Positions 52,392 to 64,000 of a stretch of DNA of 64,000 bases are shown here, piece by piece; the stretch's first letter is position 1; each line of letters opens with the position of its first letter. The translations under genes were made by a program, and so were the position numbers. This stretch comes from Phoronis australis. Lineage: Eukaryota; Animalia; Phoronida. Under the pieces are notes generated by a model. That model was not told the origin of the DNA, did no database searches, and saw only the letters and a list, made by a program, of their open reading frames with translations. Location: assembly GCA_002633005.1 (NCBI GenBank), contig NMRA01000023.1, positions 240,580 through 304,579 on the forward strand, read 5' to 3'.

Positions 52392-53741
52392 CTAAAACAG
52401 ATTAAGTACATCTATAGTGCTCGTGAGGTTTTTACGTTTGCAACCCCGTACCGGCGTTTGTATCTACGCATTTACTTTCGTTCTTCCCCTAGACCTGAGT
52501 CGCTCGTGATGTGTTTAAGGTGAGACATCTTTGTCTTTGAAACGCAAAAAAATGAATTCTATCACCTTAATCAGCATTTCAGTCTCAACGACCAATCTCT
52601 TTAGTAGACGCCATACACATGTCTTTTTAACAGGCAGAAGTTTTGAGAAGGGCGTTGGTCTTTCTTACTGTCCGTTCTTAGCACACAAATTTCAACTAAT
52701 CACTGAATCTTAAATTTGAATCATCTAAAAAGTCACGGGAAAGGCAAAGTGTTCCCGGAAAATGCATAATATTTCCCATAAGACCGTTTGGGGTATATAG
52801 TATCTCTAGAAAAAATGCCATAGCATTTTTTACTCGAATGTTTCGCAAAGTACGATGTCTTCAGTAATTGATTATGTGAATGCCTGAGGTTCGGTGTTTT
52901 TGTTTTTTAGTCCATTTTTCTTTTACTTAAGCTTATGTTGGATGTTATCGACAAGTGTGTGCATTTAGTCATATATATATATATAAAAGTCTAATTCAGT
53001 AAAAAAATGTATTTCCTGAACGTATAAAGCCTGTAAAATTTGATTTTTGACCTTGTACTGATATGCCATAAATTTGATTATGCAATCACTTATTTTTCTT
53101 AACTTAAGCATCAAGGACAGGCACTTTTACAGCAATTCAACGCTATCAACAACAAAGTCAAATTTTGTTTGGTGTAAGTTTCCAAGGTGGTATCTCAAAC
53201 ACGCTGTTATAGTTTTCTAAATCACCATTTTGTTTTCCTTTTATGCAACCGTTATCCTAAAAATCACAAGAGTCCTATTTTTTGAGAGCCCCTCATGCAA
53301 AAATGGACAATTTTAAAAACTATAACTAACAGGCTGACGCTTTAGAGAACATTGTATGAGGAATGCAGTACCTGAGATATGATGTTCCTACGTTTTGAGG
53401 GATCCTGCATAATCTTCAATAGTTAAAGTCGATGGCATGTATGTCAACATTCACTCTTTTCGAACGAGTGAGCAAAGCTTCACTTACTTGCCTTTTAAAT
53501 ACTTTCCCTTCTGCTTTTTATTCTAGTGTTTCGTGTACAGGCGCATATACTTAATGAGATACGAGCAAAATTTTGTACTACACGAGTAGGCTCGGTTCGA
53601 ATTGATAAAAAAGGATAGTGTTTTTTTCTTTAATTTGATTGACAGCAATAGAAAACACACAGTTAACTACTTTGGATATACAAATTAACAATATGGTTAG
53701 CATTGCCAGGAAAACTGTTCAAAGTTTTGTTGTTCACTGAC

Positions 53742-53901
53742 CTTCTTCATTTTGTCTAACTCTTCGTCATATTTTTTGGACAGCTCACCCACTTCGCCCT
53801 GGACCAGTTTTTCCTTCTGAGCAAAATGTTCCTCCAGAATTTTTGTTCTTTCCTCGTACTCTTTTTGTCGCATTTGTTCCGATTGTTGCTTTTGCATTGA
53901 G
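53742..53901 (-). CDS. Coiled-coil protein exon
   Basis: ttacag|SMQKQQSEQMRQKEYEERTKILEEHF...DKMKK|gtcagt, phase 2-0. It splices in frame to 52391. Confidence 0.75.
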
Positions 53902-54010
53902 CTGTAATATATGTAGTATATGCATGTTTTTAGGCCCGCACACTTATCAAAGCTGTAATTAAACCCGAATTAGACACATGCGTATTTACGCGAAATATTG
54001 GAGTAAAACC

Positions 54011-57000
54011 AAGCCTCGTACCTAAGCCTCGAGGTGGAGCTGATCGGTTTAGCCATTTGAGGCTTGGTAAGGAGAAATTCCTTCTACGCGCTGGTGACAG
54101 TAGACGACGCTCACTACGGCCAAGAGCGACAAAAGAAACGTTCTAACACCTTAATCTCTGTATACTTATATTCCGGTTCCTGAAGATTCGTGTCCTTACT
54201 TCTATGATGTTATTAGTTTGGGTATTTTTACAGAAATTAAACAAAACCGAAACTGGAGCAGATTTTAACTATTTTCACAGGAATTTATTGCTACCATTCG
54301 TAAATCGAAAGCAGAGGGCACTGCTTTCGTTGTTCTTTTAAATAGAAGGAACTTGCGTACTTATTGTCAACTCTCTTTTATTCAAAGCACTGTTAGTTCA
54401 CCTATCCAGATTTTGTTTCGTTTACGTAGTTAGCAGTGTTGCCACCTGGTGTCTTCTCATTTACTTGTAGTGTGTCATGTTGTGCGCCCCTATATTTTCA
54501 TTGAAATTTTGTCTTTGTCCTATTGTTATTGAGTTCGATTCAGATTGAGCATGGGTGTGGTGCACACCAGCTGCCATTATTTTTGGGACAGTCTTGAAAG
54601 ATGGATGTTAGGTTTGGGCAGCCATAGGGCTTCACGTTCTGCAAGTTGAAGTCTTGTCATTTTGTTTTCTCTTATACTGTGTATAGTTAACTCTCAGTGT
54701 AACTACTGTTTGTTGGTTTTGCCCTTTTTGTGGACTGGTAATGCAGTGTCAGTTTAGTAGATTTTAATATGTTGTTGATTGTACTTTGTTTTTCAGTAAA
54801 CGTATATTTGTGACTCACAACCACGGCGTTCTCTTTATTCCGGATTGCCAGGCCCGTGGTGTCTGCACATGAGTTTAACAGTGTAGAGTGGTTCAATCAA
54901 GTTACAATTGGTACGGTTCTCAGTAAATTTTGCATGGACTACTGCTTGAAGTCAATGGAGACGACAGATGAGAATATTCGACTCGTTGACCAATGCAACT
55001 TATTGAGACGCGGAGGCTTTCGTCTGAAAAAGTGGCATTCGTTCCAGAGCAGGAGCGTGCTACTCAGGCGGAGAATTTGCCATTTGAACAGTTGCTTATT
55101 GATGATTCATTACACGCCCAGGTTGATGTCAAGATGAAAAGTGAGACCAGACGAGGGATCCTTCAATGATTACTTCTTTCCATGATCCCTTAAGTTTTGT
55201 TGTGCCTTACTTGGTACCTGTGAAGATAGTTAGATCACCAACAGCTTTGTCGTCGAGGTATTGGCTGGGGTGGTGAAGTCGACGAAGAAAGCTGTTCGAG
55301 GTGGAGGGCGTGGCTAGACGACTTATCCCGACGGCAGCAAATGTCCATTCCCAGGTGCATTCGACCAATGAGTGGGGATCTAATCAGGAATGAACTTCAC
55401 ACATTTTGTGATGCCTCGATGAGTGCATATGCTGCTGAGAGCTATCTGCGTGTGCTGTTCTGAGACGATAGCATATTCTGTGCCTTTTTGATAGAGAGTC
55501 AAGACTGGGTACCCATTCCCCGACTGGAACTTATGGCAGCAGTACTGGCAGCTGGGCTTAGTGATCCCATTCATGTTGAGTTGACTTTCCCTATTGCACA
55601 CGTGCTATTTTGGACTGATTCCATGGCAATGATTTGCGATGAGCGTCGCAGGTTTCGTGCTTCTGTTGCCATCAGAGTAGCACGGATTCAGAGTACCATC
55701 TCATCGTGCCACTGGTGTTATGTTCCGACAGTGGACAACTCTGATGATGATGGTGCGCAAAATCTGACGGCTGCAGGTTTAATAGCCTATCCGTACCATG
55801 GTTCTGAAGTGTGGCCAGCTGCTATTGACGTACTGAGCACTGAACATGAGAGATGAGACGGATTGCACACAGTACCACTGCTGCTCACAAAGGTAACACT
55901 CGTTCAGTCTTGCAGAAGTTTAAAAGTTATGCATTTTCGTCATGGAACCGTTTGTTGGAGACAGTAGTCTGGCTAATTGTGTTTAAGTCTCTTTAGTTGC
56001 AGCGAGTTCCACGAACACCGAGACCAGACCACCTCAAGAGCCGTTGCCGAGCGTCCAAGAGATGAGGTTTACCGAGCTAGAGATCATACCCATTTTACAG
56101 GAATCCAGTTTCCAGACCGACATGCAGATTTTGAAGAGTAGCCAGTCAAGGACTTAGCAGTTCGGCAAGTGGAAGTGAGCCACGCTCTTGAAACTGACAG
56201 TTTTCTAAAAGCACTGAAAAGAATCACAGAGGTGTTCCCAGCGATAATGGTAGTAACTTCATTGGTGCTGAGAGTGGACATCAGGAATGTTTGGCGTCGT
56301 TTGATCAACATAAGACTCATGATCAACTTCTTCAAAGTGGCATAGAATGGAATTTCAACCCTCCTCTCCCGAACCACACGGGTGGTATTTGAGAGCGTGT
56401 CGTAAAAGTGGTTAAGAAGACCTTCTTTGCTTTGGTGAATGATCAAGTTGTTAAGAACCAGGTATTTTCTACCACTGAGGTAGATAAGATACTGAAATCC
56501 AGAGCTATCACGGTTATTAGCCAGGACTCGTGTGATGCAGAACACCTACCCCCGAATCCTTTGCAGCTGTTGCGACCCAGTGACTCAATGCTGCCTGAGT
56601 TTTTTACGAGACCACATCCTACAGCGTGCGTAGATAGCTTCAGGACCAATACTTAGCTGGGCAGTTCTGGAAGAGATGGAGACGAGAGTATTTGTCGCTT
56701 CTTTAGCTTCAACAGAAATGGACGACCTCCAGGAGGAACTTGGAGATTGGTGATATTGTACTGATGGTTGACACGAACGTGCACCGATGTCTGTGGTCGA
56801 TTGATGGTGACGAGCAGGTGTATCCTGACAAGTACGGATATGTTCGTCAAACAGATTGTCGTTTCTTTCGACGACCGATCATCAAGTTTTGTTTCCTTGA
56901 GAGCACCTTGTGATTGCGAACTGTTGTTTCACGTATGGACAGTTTGTGTGTTTGATTAAGTATTATTGGTTGGATTAACATAGTCTCATTTAGGCCAGGA

Positions 57001-57788
57001 CGTTAGTTCACCTAGTTAGGTTTTGTTTTGTTCTCGTAGTTTGCAGTGTAGTCACCAGTTGTCTTCTCCTCTACTTGTCCTGTGTCTTGTTGTGTGCCTG
57101 TTAAGATTTTGTCTTTGATTCACTGGCATTGAGTTCAATTCAGATTGAACATGGATGTGGAGCACACCAGCTGACATTAATTTTCTGACAGTCTTATGAG
57201 ATGCATGTAATGTTTGGTCAGCCACAGAGCTTCACCTTCTGTAACTTGACATTTACTGATTTTGTTTCCTGTGTAGAATTAACTTAGATTTTGATCAGTG
57301 AGAAGCTTATTCTGTCCAGTCTGTACTTGACTTAACTGCAGTGTAGCTACTGTTTGTGGGTTTTGATGTTTAGCTAGTGTGGAGTTGTTGCCTGATAATG
57401 CTGTGTTGGTTATGTAGATTTTGATATCTCGTTGTCTGTACTTCTGTTGTTTTTCAGTTAACGTATATATGTCAGACAGAACCAATGTGTTCTCTTTATT
57501 CAGGATTGCCCGGCTTGTGGTGTTATCACAAGCACCATAGAAATTATACTCCTATTAAATAAAATACATCAAATTTTCAATGATCTAAACCAAAATTGCC
57601 GCATGAATACCACTCATTTTGATTTTTTGTATTTTTCTGCCCCCAATTTCTGATAAGTGATATAACTTAATGTCACCCGTGATAATCCGGTTACGTACGT
57701 AAAAATATGCCAGAACTTTGCCCAGTAAACTTTGTCCTCACCAAGCCTCAAATGGCTAAACCGATCTTGAGGCTTGGGGTCAAGGCTG
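54011..57788. mobile_element. Non-autonomous TIR DNA element with a 9-10 bp TSD, hosting the BEL insertion
   Basis: About 60-bp imperfect TIRs (agcct...aagcctc...gatcggtttagccatttgaggcttggt) at 54011-54077 and, inverted, at 57730-57788. (G)AGTAAAACC flanks both sides. Confidence 0.8.
54391..57530 (+). mobile_element. BEL/Pao LTR retrotransposon, internally deleted, with both LTRs
   Basis: LTRs 54391-54869 (TG...CA) and 57001-57530. 5-bp TSD AGCAC. Pol remnants GGFRLKKW, LHTFCDAS, IPRLELMAAVLA, FWTDS, WCYVPTVDN, PPNPLQLL, FWKRW..EYL. Confidence 0.93.
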
Positions 57789-58486
57789 AGTAAAACCGTG
57801 ATTTAACGTGATGCTCAGAATCTAGGCGCACCCCAATTATTTTTTTAAATATTATCAACTATTCCGCGGCTCGTGGAGTGTAGAATATTGCAAATGTCAT
57901 GGGCTTGCGTGTTACGCTGAGACATACTGCATCAGTTATGTACATGTAGTTGGATTTTATGGTTTTGGAATGTATGCCTTTACATGTGGGTATTTCGAGT
58001 GTACATTTTTTAAACAATTGTTACCGTTTGTATTGGTTTTCAAGTCCTATTAACATTTTCATTGGTCTGCACCTGTCCACTGGTCTTGCTACTGTACTAT
58101 AAAAATTGTTCAGGTTTCACACTTTCTGGCTTCTACATAGTCATAATTTTACGTATAATCATTTTGCCTCTCATTGGTATACAGCGACAGTTACATGTAC
58201 GGTGGCACGGTTGAATTTTCATGTAGCTCTCTTAATCTCAATAAAATTTGGTGCCTCTTGGGTTGACTGTGCCCTTTAAATTTTGTAATGCGCTTGAAGG
58301 CTGCGAAAGGCATTTGCTTGATTTTTGAGTTCGTTTTGCAAGATTATGTGCTTTTGATGGGCACAGTGTGAATCTTAACTGCATGCGCCTCTGTGCGATA
58401 CACTTGTCATGAGTAAACAATTTTCCTTGATAAATGTTTTATTTTAGATATAGGTGTAGTAGGCGTGGGTACTTGCACATAAACAA

Positions 58487-58565
58487 AAACACACACGCGC
58501 GCGCACACAAACACAAACACACACACACGCACACACATACGCACACACATACGCACTCACACACA
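58487..58565. repeat. (CA)n-type microsatellite
   Basis: Read directly from the sequence. Confidence 0.9.
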
Positions 58566-59759
58566 TTTATATATGCCCTAGACTGTATTCGCCTTTTGCA
58601 GTTCCTCTTCTCCAAGCGAGAATGGGGAAATTTGGGAAACATGGACATTTAGAGGAACCATTGTTCCATTGCTGTACACCTTAAAGAAGACCCTACAGCG
58701 GGAATGCCTCAAGACGGTTATCGATTAGTTTTGTCTTTAGGTTCAAGAAAGTGATCACTAAATGGTTGGAGTTAATGCTCACGCAGTGCTAGTGAGGCCA
58801 AAGCGAAGTCGTTAACTTCTAAATGAAGTAAATCAAATTCAGAGTGATGAGTTTTGTCGTTGAAGCAATCATTAAACTCATTCGTTCCAAAATGTTAATA
58901 AGTGTAATAAGGAATGATAACTTACCCTTAAATAACTAAAGCAAAGAGTTCCACCCCAAAACATGCTCCATGTCAGTCTTTAAATCCTACACTTCATCAT
59001 GTTTTAAAGCTATTGTTTTAGTTCTGTTTTGTTGTGGAACTTTAAGGTTTTAGTACTGCGAGTTAGTTGTCCTAGTCCCACAAGAAAAGGACACGAATTC
59101 GGTGAATATCATGGCTTATTTCAACAGCAGGATTCACCTAAGCTTACTCGAGTTATTACAGTTCGAAATTCAGTTGGGCCCAATTAAAAATTGGGACTTA
59201 AATGCAAACCAATTGATCACACCTAGTGTTTTTTTTTTCACAAGCGTATACTGAAATCGGCCCTGGTTTATATAATGTCACTTATGGGACAATCACAATG
59301 ACGCTGGTACCAAATGTTAGTTGTCAAGTGTTGTTACGTATTTTCTTTGTAAAATGTTGCAGTAATGTCATACAATAAAACACGTCGAAAATCGGGACAG
59401 CCAATCACATTACTAGTCTTCCTCCATTGTTTGTAGTTTAAAGTCTTAAGATACTGTAAGGAAAACTAGCGTGTTGGTGGATTTGACACACTGGCACACG
59501 GTACGTTCATGCGTCACACTCACGCCCGTGGAGCTAAAAAAGGTGCAACTGAAGTCGCTTTTTTCTATTTTCTCGTTTTCGAGATTTTAAACTCACGATT
59601 GTGATGTGAGTGCTATCAAGGAATATTTAACAATAATAATGTAATCATTCATCAAAATAAGGTAAGTACTTGTTTTAAGTATTTTTAAGCTTGATGTTAA
59701 CACTAGCGCGCGTGCTTAAAAACATGGAAAACTTGCCTCGCACTAAACGGAGACCCAAC

Positions 59760-59855
59760 TTCGATTGTGTGAATATTTTTCTTTATTAATAACTTATTCT
59801 TCTGGTGTCGTAGGAGACCCAAATGATCTTTGAGCTCATGGCGAATTTCTTCAAG
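59760..59855 (-). CDS. Probable second coding exon of the coiled-coil gene
   Basis: ctttgttttccag|LEEIRHELKDHLGLLRHQKNKLLIKKNIHTIE, in phase with the 61544 donor. The donor position is uncertain. Confidence 0.55.
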
Positions 59856-61543
59856 CTGGAAAACAAAGCGGGAACATAAATATCGGTTATCAGTTGTACA
59901 GAGAAATATGACTTTTAAATTGTTTTATGAGGATACATGGCTTTTGCAGCGGCCAAGACTTCGCAAGAGCACATAAAAACACACCCAAAGTCATTGTCAT
60001 GAAACATCCGAAAATGTGGTGATTTGCAGTCAGTTTCGTAGTGCTATGTAGTTGTAAAAAATGGCCAAAACTGGCGTGCTTATTGACCCTGAAACTGTCG
60101 TCGCATCAAGAACGTCAAACGTCAGGGTAACAGAAAATATACACCATTTATTTCTCTTGTTATGTAGACAGGTTTAGTGTGGCGTACGTCCCGTATACAC
60201 AAACGCTTCGCTAAAACAAAAAATCGCGCAAAACTGCCCAAGATAACACATTGATCATACTAGCTTCCTTTGCGAGATTCTTGCGTATACGGGAACTCAA
60301 CCCCGATAGTAAGTTCCAGTGCCTCTTGGCGCTTTTTGGTCTGTATATCTATTGCACTGGCTATTTCATAATAAATATTTAAAAATAGCAAGGTACTTCT
60401 ATACATGCATGTCAGCCATTTTTTGTTCTAATCACAGCAAAAAAAACATAGCAAACAATAGCATTGTCAAAAACGAGTCAAAATACCGATTGTTCAAATG
60501 ACAAAATACACACAGCATAATCTCATAAATCTAGTGAGTGGCGAACGGCGAAGGTAATTTTCAGTTAATTGGCACAAGTTTGAGAACATTTCAATAAAAG
60601 AGATTGCCAATGAAATTCAAAACGAAGGTTGAGAATTTTATTGTCAACTCCAGCAAAAAACGTAGCAAGAGAATAAAATACGTAGCGTTTTAGGGCTACG
60701 TGTATCACTACAGAAACGGCAAAAAAACGTAGCAAAAACGTAAAAAATAAACGTTTTGATTGACAAATATGTACTGCACTGTTGTAAAGCCCTGCCTGCA
60801 CAATTCCATATATTTCGTATATGACAATCGGACTGTGCAGACGATTGTATGTTTGTCGTACAAGATTAAAGGAGCTCTGTAGAGTGAATTGGTGAATGGG
60901 GTCATCCACAGATCTGCACAATAAGTAGCCTATTGTTCATACGTCATGTGATACATTCACACGTATTATCTCACTGATTCCGAGCCAAAACAAGAAGGCA
61001 GTGACTGGCAGGCGATCACCCGAGTGAAACGGCACTTCGGGTAAAATCGGACTTGCTCCATCTCAAACGACGAATCGTATACCACTTTGAGCTCTGAAAA
61101 TCATTTGGGAGAGCCAATACACGACACTCGTGTATGACAATCATACAGTATACGGAAATCCGGATGCCTGTGTAGACAGACTGGTATGTATTCACAGGAC
61201 GGTTTGTAGTGCTTTATGTGTCTCAGGCATACTCATATTTGAATGCCATTATACACGACTACTATAAAGAAAGAACCAGGTGCTCTTTAGAACTCAGGAT
61301 GACTCTGAGGAGTCCTTTTGCTAATGTTATGATGGTTATCAAAACTTTAAAGAAGGGAAATGATATAAGCCATGTGATTTTGTTGTAATTAGTTACCATC
61401 AGCGTTAGAACTGAGTGCAACTAGAAACCAGCAACGGGTGAAGGTTTCCAAAAGCACGTTTACGTGCACTATGTTATATTTTGTTTTTGATGAAACGGTG
61501 TCTTTTAATGATGGGGTCTCTACTTCTAAAGCGGTGTCTTTAC

Positions 61544-61600
61544 CTCCTGAATTCTTCGACGTAACTTTTCATTTTCCACGGCGTAATCTAGTTTAGGCAT
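61544..61600 (-). CDS. Probable first coding exon of the coiled-coil gene
   Basis: caaaATG start, then MPKLDYAVENEKLRRRIQE|gtaaag. Confidence 0.55.
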
Positions 61601-62659
61601 TTTGGAACGTTTCAGATAAAAACTGATAATGAAATTCACTCCTCTTTCTGTAGGTTCACTTTAATCTCGTTGTGTTCACTGAAGCCCACTGCCTTTCCAT
61701 AACTTTACTTCAAATTCTGTCGATAATTGTAAGCTGTTAAGACTAAATGAAAACATTGAAAGCCCGCCAAAAGTTTCCGTATCCCACAATTCACACTGCA
61801 TTGTATGACGTGTAAATTACGAACTTCCATACCGACCACCTGCAACTTGTTAACGTGACAGGTAGAGACCAAAGTAAGGGTTAACGTTTGTCAGCGTTTC
61901 GAAATGAATACCCAGCGTAGCAGACGCGCATGGCCAGCGCAAGGGTACCAAGGATACGACCCGACCACATTACCATCAGCTCTCCAAGTGCACCAACTGG
62001 CAGCTGAGGTCCAGGTCTGCCAGGGCCATGAGGTTACCTTCGCTAATGTAAGGTCCTGTGTGTACATTAAGTCCTACAGAAACTTCAAGTGCCCTAGGTG
62101 GTACATTTTTGTCACATTTTGTTCCCATTTACATTTAATTTTATCTTAGGTTTGGAACTGTATGCTCTTAGAAGACCGATTGACTGGCTAGCCAAGTTGT
62201 CTCAAGAGAGAACCGAGGGCTGTGTTCGAATCCCAATCGAATTGCATGCTTTTTTCATTTGCAAACGTACTTGCCCAAAATTAATGGTGGCAACAAATGA
62301 TGTACACGCAGACGAAGAGAATATGAATCCAACCCATGAAAAGAATCCAGTGCTGACACCTTCACCAGTCGAGTTTGGGCAATTCGACAGGTTCACTAAC
62401 CTTTAACAAATCCACCGCAAACTTCAAAGAAACAATCCATCAACTGATGTCATCGTTCTCAGGAAATTAACTTTGGTAATCAAGCGTGAAATTGTCCATC
62501 ATAAACATTATCATAAATACCGGGGAAGGGGGCGATAATGGAACTTAAAATTTTCATTTTAAAGTTAGCATGTTTGAATAGTTCGTGGAAAGTACATGCT
62601 TTAAAAATGGTTGTATTGCGGTAGACAAAAAATAAAGAAGAATACGTGTAAATACGTTT

Positions 62660-62740
62660 AGATTGTGGTTAGAACCCGCGACACAGGTTTGATGTCTCAT
62701 TTTTCGCAGCGCGCTTCCCCACTAAGTCATCGAGTGAGAG
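62660..62740 (-). mobile_element. Possible tRNA-derived SINE head, degenerate
   Basis: A-box-like TGACTTAGTGG and B-box-like GGTTCTAACC at pol III-like spacing. No cloverleaf. Confidence 0.3.
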
Positions 62741-64000
62741 ACACATGCTGTGTGTGGCATGCTGTGTATTGTTATGTATGTTCGGTTGGAAGAAAATCTG
62801 GTTGTTACCGATTCTTTCTTCTTATTTAGTTTTTTGTAAACTTCAGGTGTGTTTGTGTCATTGGTGTTTTTGAGTACATAAAGTGAGTCATCTTTTTGAG
62901 CAGGTTAGTGGAAACTGATTGCACTCTTCTTATTGTTAAGGTTCAAACTGTGTGATTTTAGAATGTTCTAATGTCTGATACTATTTTGTGCAGTGGTTAG
63001 CATATGCCATTAGACAGATAATGTGAGATTTTGTTGTGTGATTACTTTTGTTGTGGTTTATTTGTTTTTACATTAATGTTGCCATTACAGTCACTTATCT
63101 AGTTGAATAGCAGCATACTTTACATTAAATCGGAACGTTTCGGTAGTTAATTATTGTGCGTCGTATATCACTATGGTGTAGTTTGGATTAAAACGTTGCT
63201 ATTGTGATGTGTAGATGCGTAATGATTGGTACTATACATTTGTTTGTCAATGAATGTGGTGCGAAATGTATTATAACAAAGTCGATTATCAGCTATAAGA
63301 AACGCTGTGACTGGATTTCGTGACTCGTTTGTGGTGTCAGTTTTTATTACTTTAAGCTGCCGTTGCGCCAAAGTTGGAACTTCAATCACTATACCATACA
63401 CGTTTTTATCACAGAACAGCTCATAATAATTTCTGCTCATTTGGTCAGGACTGTTGATGGAACTACTTTTAGTGAAGCGTCGGTCGCGTTGAGTATTGAA
63501 GGCTCTTCAAACTTTATAAACGTCGTGGTGTGACAAACTTATTTTGGCGGCAAAAATCTGTCATGCTGCAACACTGAAAGAACTTGTGATTGTGGAGAGC
63601 TGCATTCAGTTCGGAAGACATTTAACCTGGCAATCATCAACGTCGGCCACCCATCCTTAGGCTTACTAATAGTCGTGATATCGTACTTTCTGCTGTGGGT
63701 CGAGACAAAGTCGTGTAGAACGTATAGTAATTTTAGACACAGCTTTGAGGGCTACTGGTTGATGCAAATTTAAGTATAGCATGTGTTCAAGGCAGGTTCG
63801 CCTGTCCAATTTATCATGGTCGATCGCGGATGTTTGGGTCTGTTTGGTGATGAATTCGAATCATTCTTCCGTAAAATACAGACATGAAAGACAGCTATGT
63901 GTTCTACTTTTAGACTTGCGATTTTTTCAGTTCTAAGCTCACGTTATCCCAGCCCGTGCCTCGGAGCCCGATCAGGCTCATCGCGGCCGCCGGGACTGGA

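Noticed and set aside
61904-63440. ORFs at 61904, 62098 and 63171 as genes
   Set aside because: No recognisable motif and no in-phase exon chain could be built by eye.
1-64000. Prokaryotic defence system, operon or CRISPR array
   Set aside because: The DNA is eukaryotic and spliced. No repeat-spacer array or dense ORF packing is present, and the tandem repeats lack unique spacers.

Overview
Eukaryotic, AT-rich, intron-containing animal DNA, most likely from a marine invertebrate (inferred from the Academ, ISL2EU, BEL and Helentron-type elements and the fibrinogen-domain gene). There are no prokaryotic operons, rRNA or CRISPR arrays, and most ORFs in the supplied track are chance ORFs. Two host genes are supportable. 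One is a plus-strand secreted PAN/Apple + fibrinogen-domain gene (about 20.8-26.0 kb). The other is a minus-strand multi-exon coiled-coil gene (about 49.4-61.6 kb). The rest is a dense, often nested set of decayed transposons, many with TIRs/LTRs and target-site duplications (TSDs) that can be read directly: ISL2EU-type (THAP transposase facing an intron-containing SAP-YqaJ gene), Academ, Harbinger, Tc1, hAT-like and Mutator-like MITEs, a Helentron-type element with a 432-bp tandem array, CR1/L2 LINEs, Gypsy and BEL/Pao. I found no convincing new biological system. The best leads are the ISL2EU element, the nested insertions and the two gene models. All alignments and translations were done by eye.
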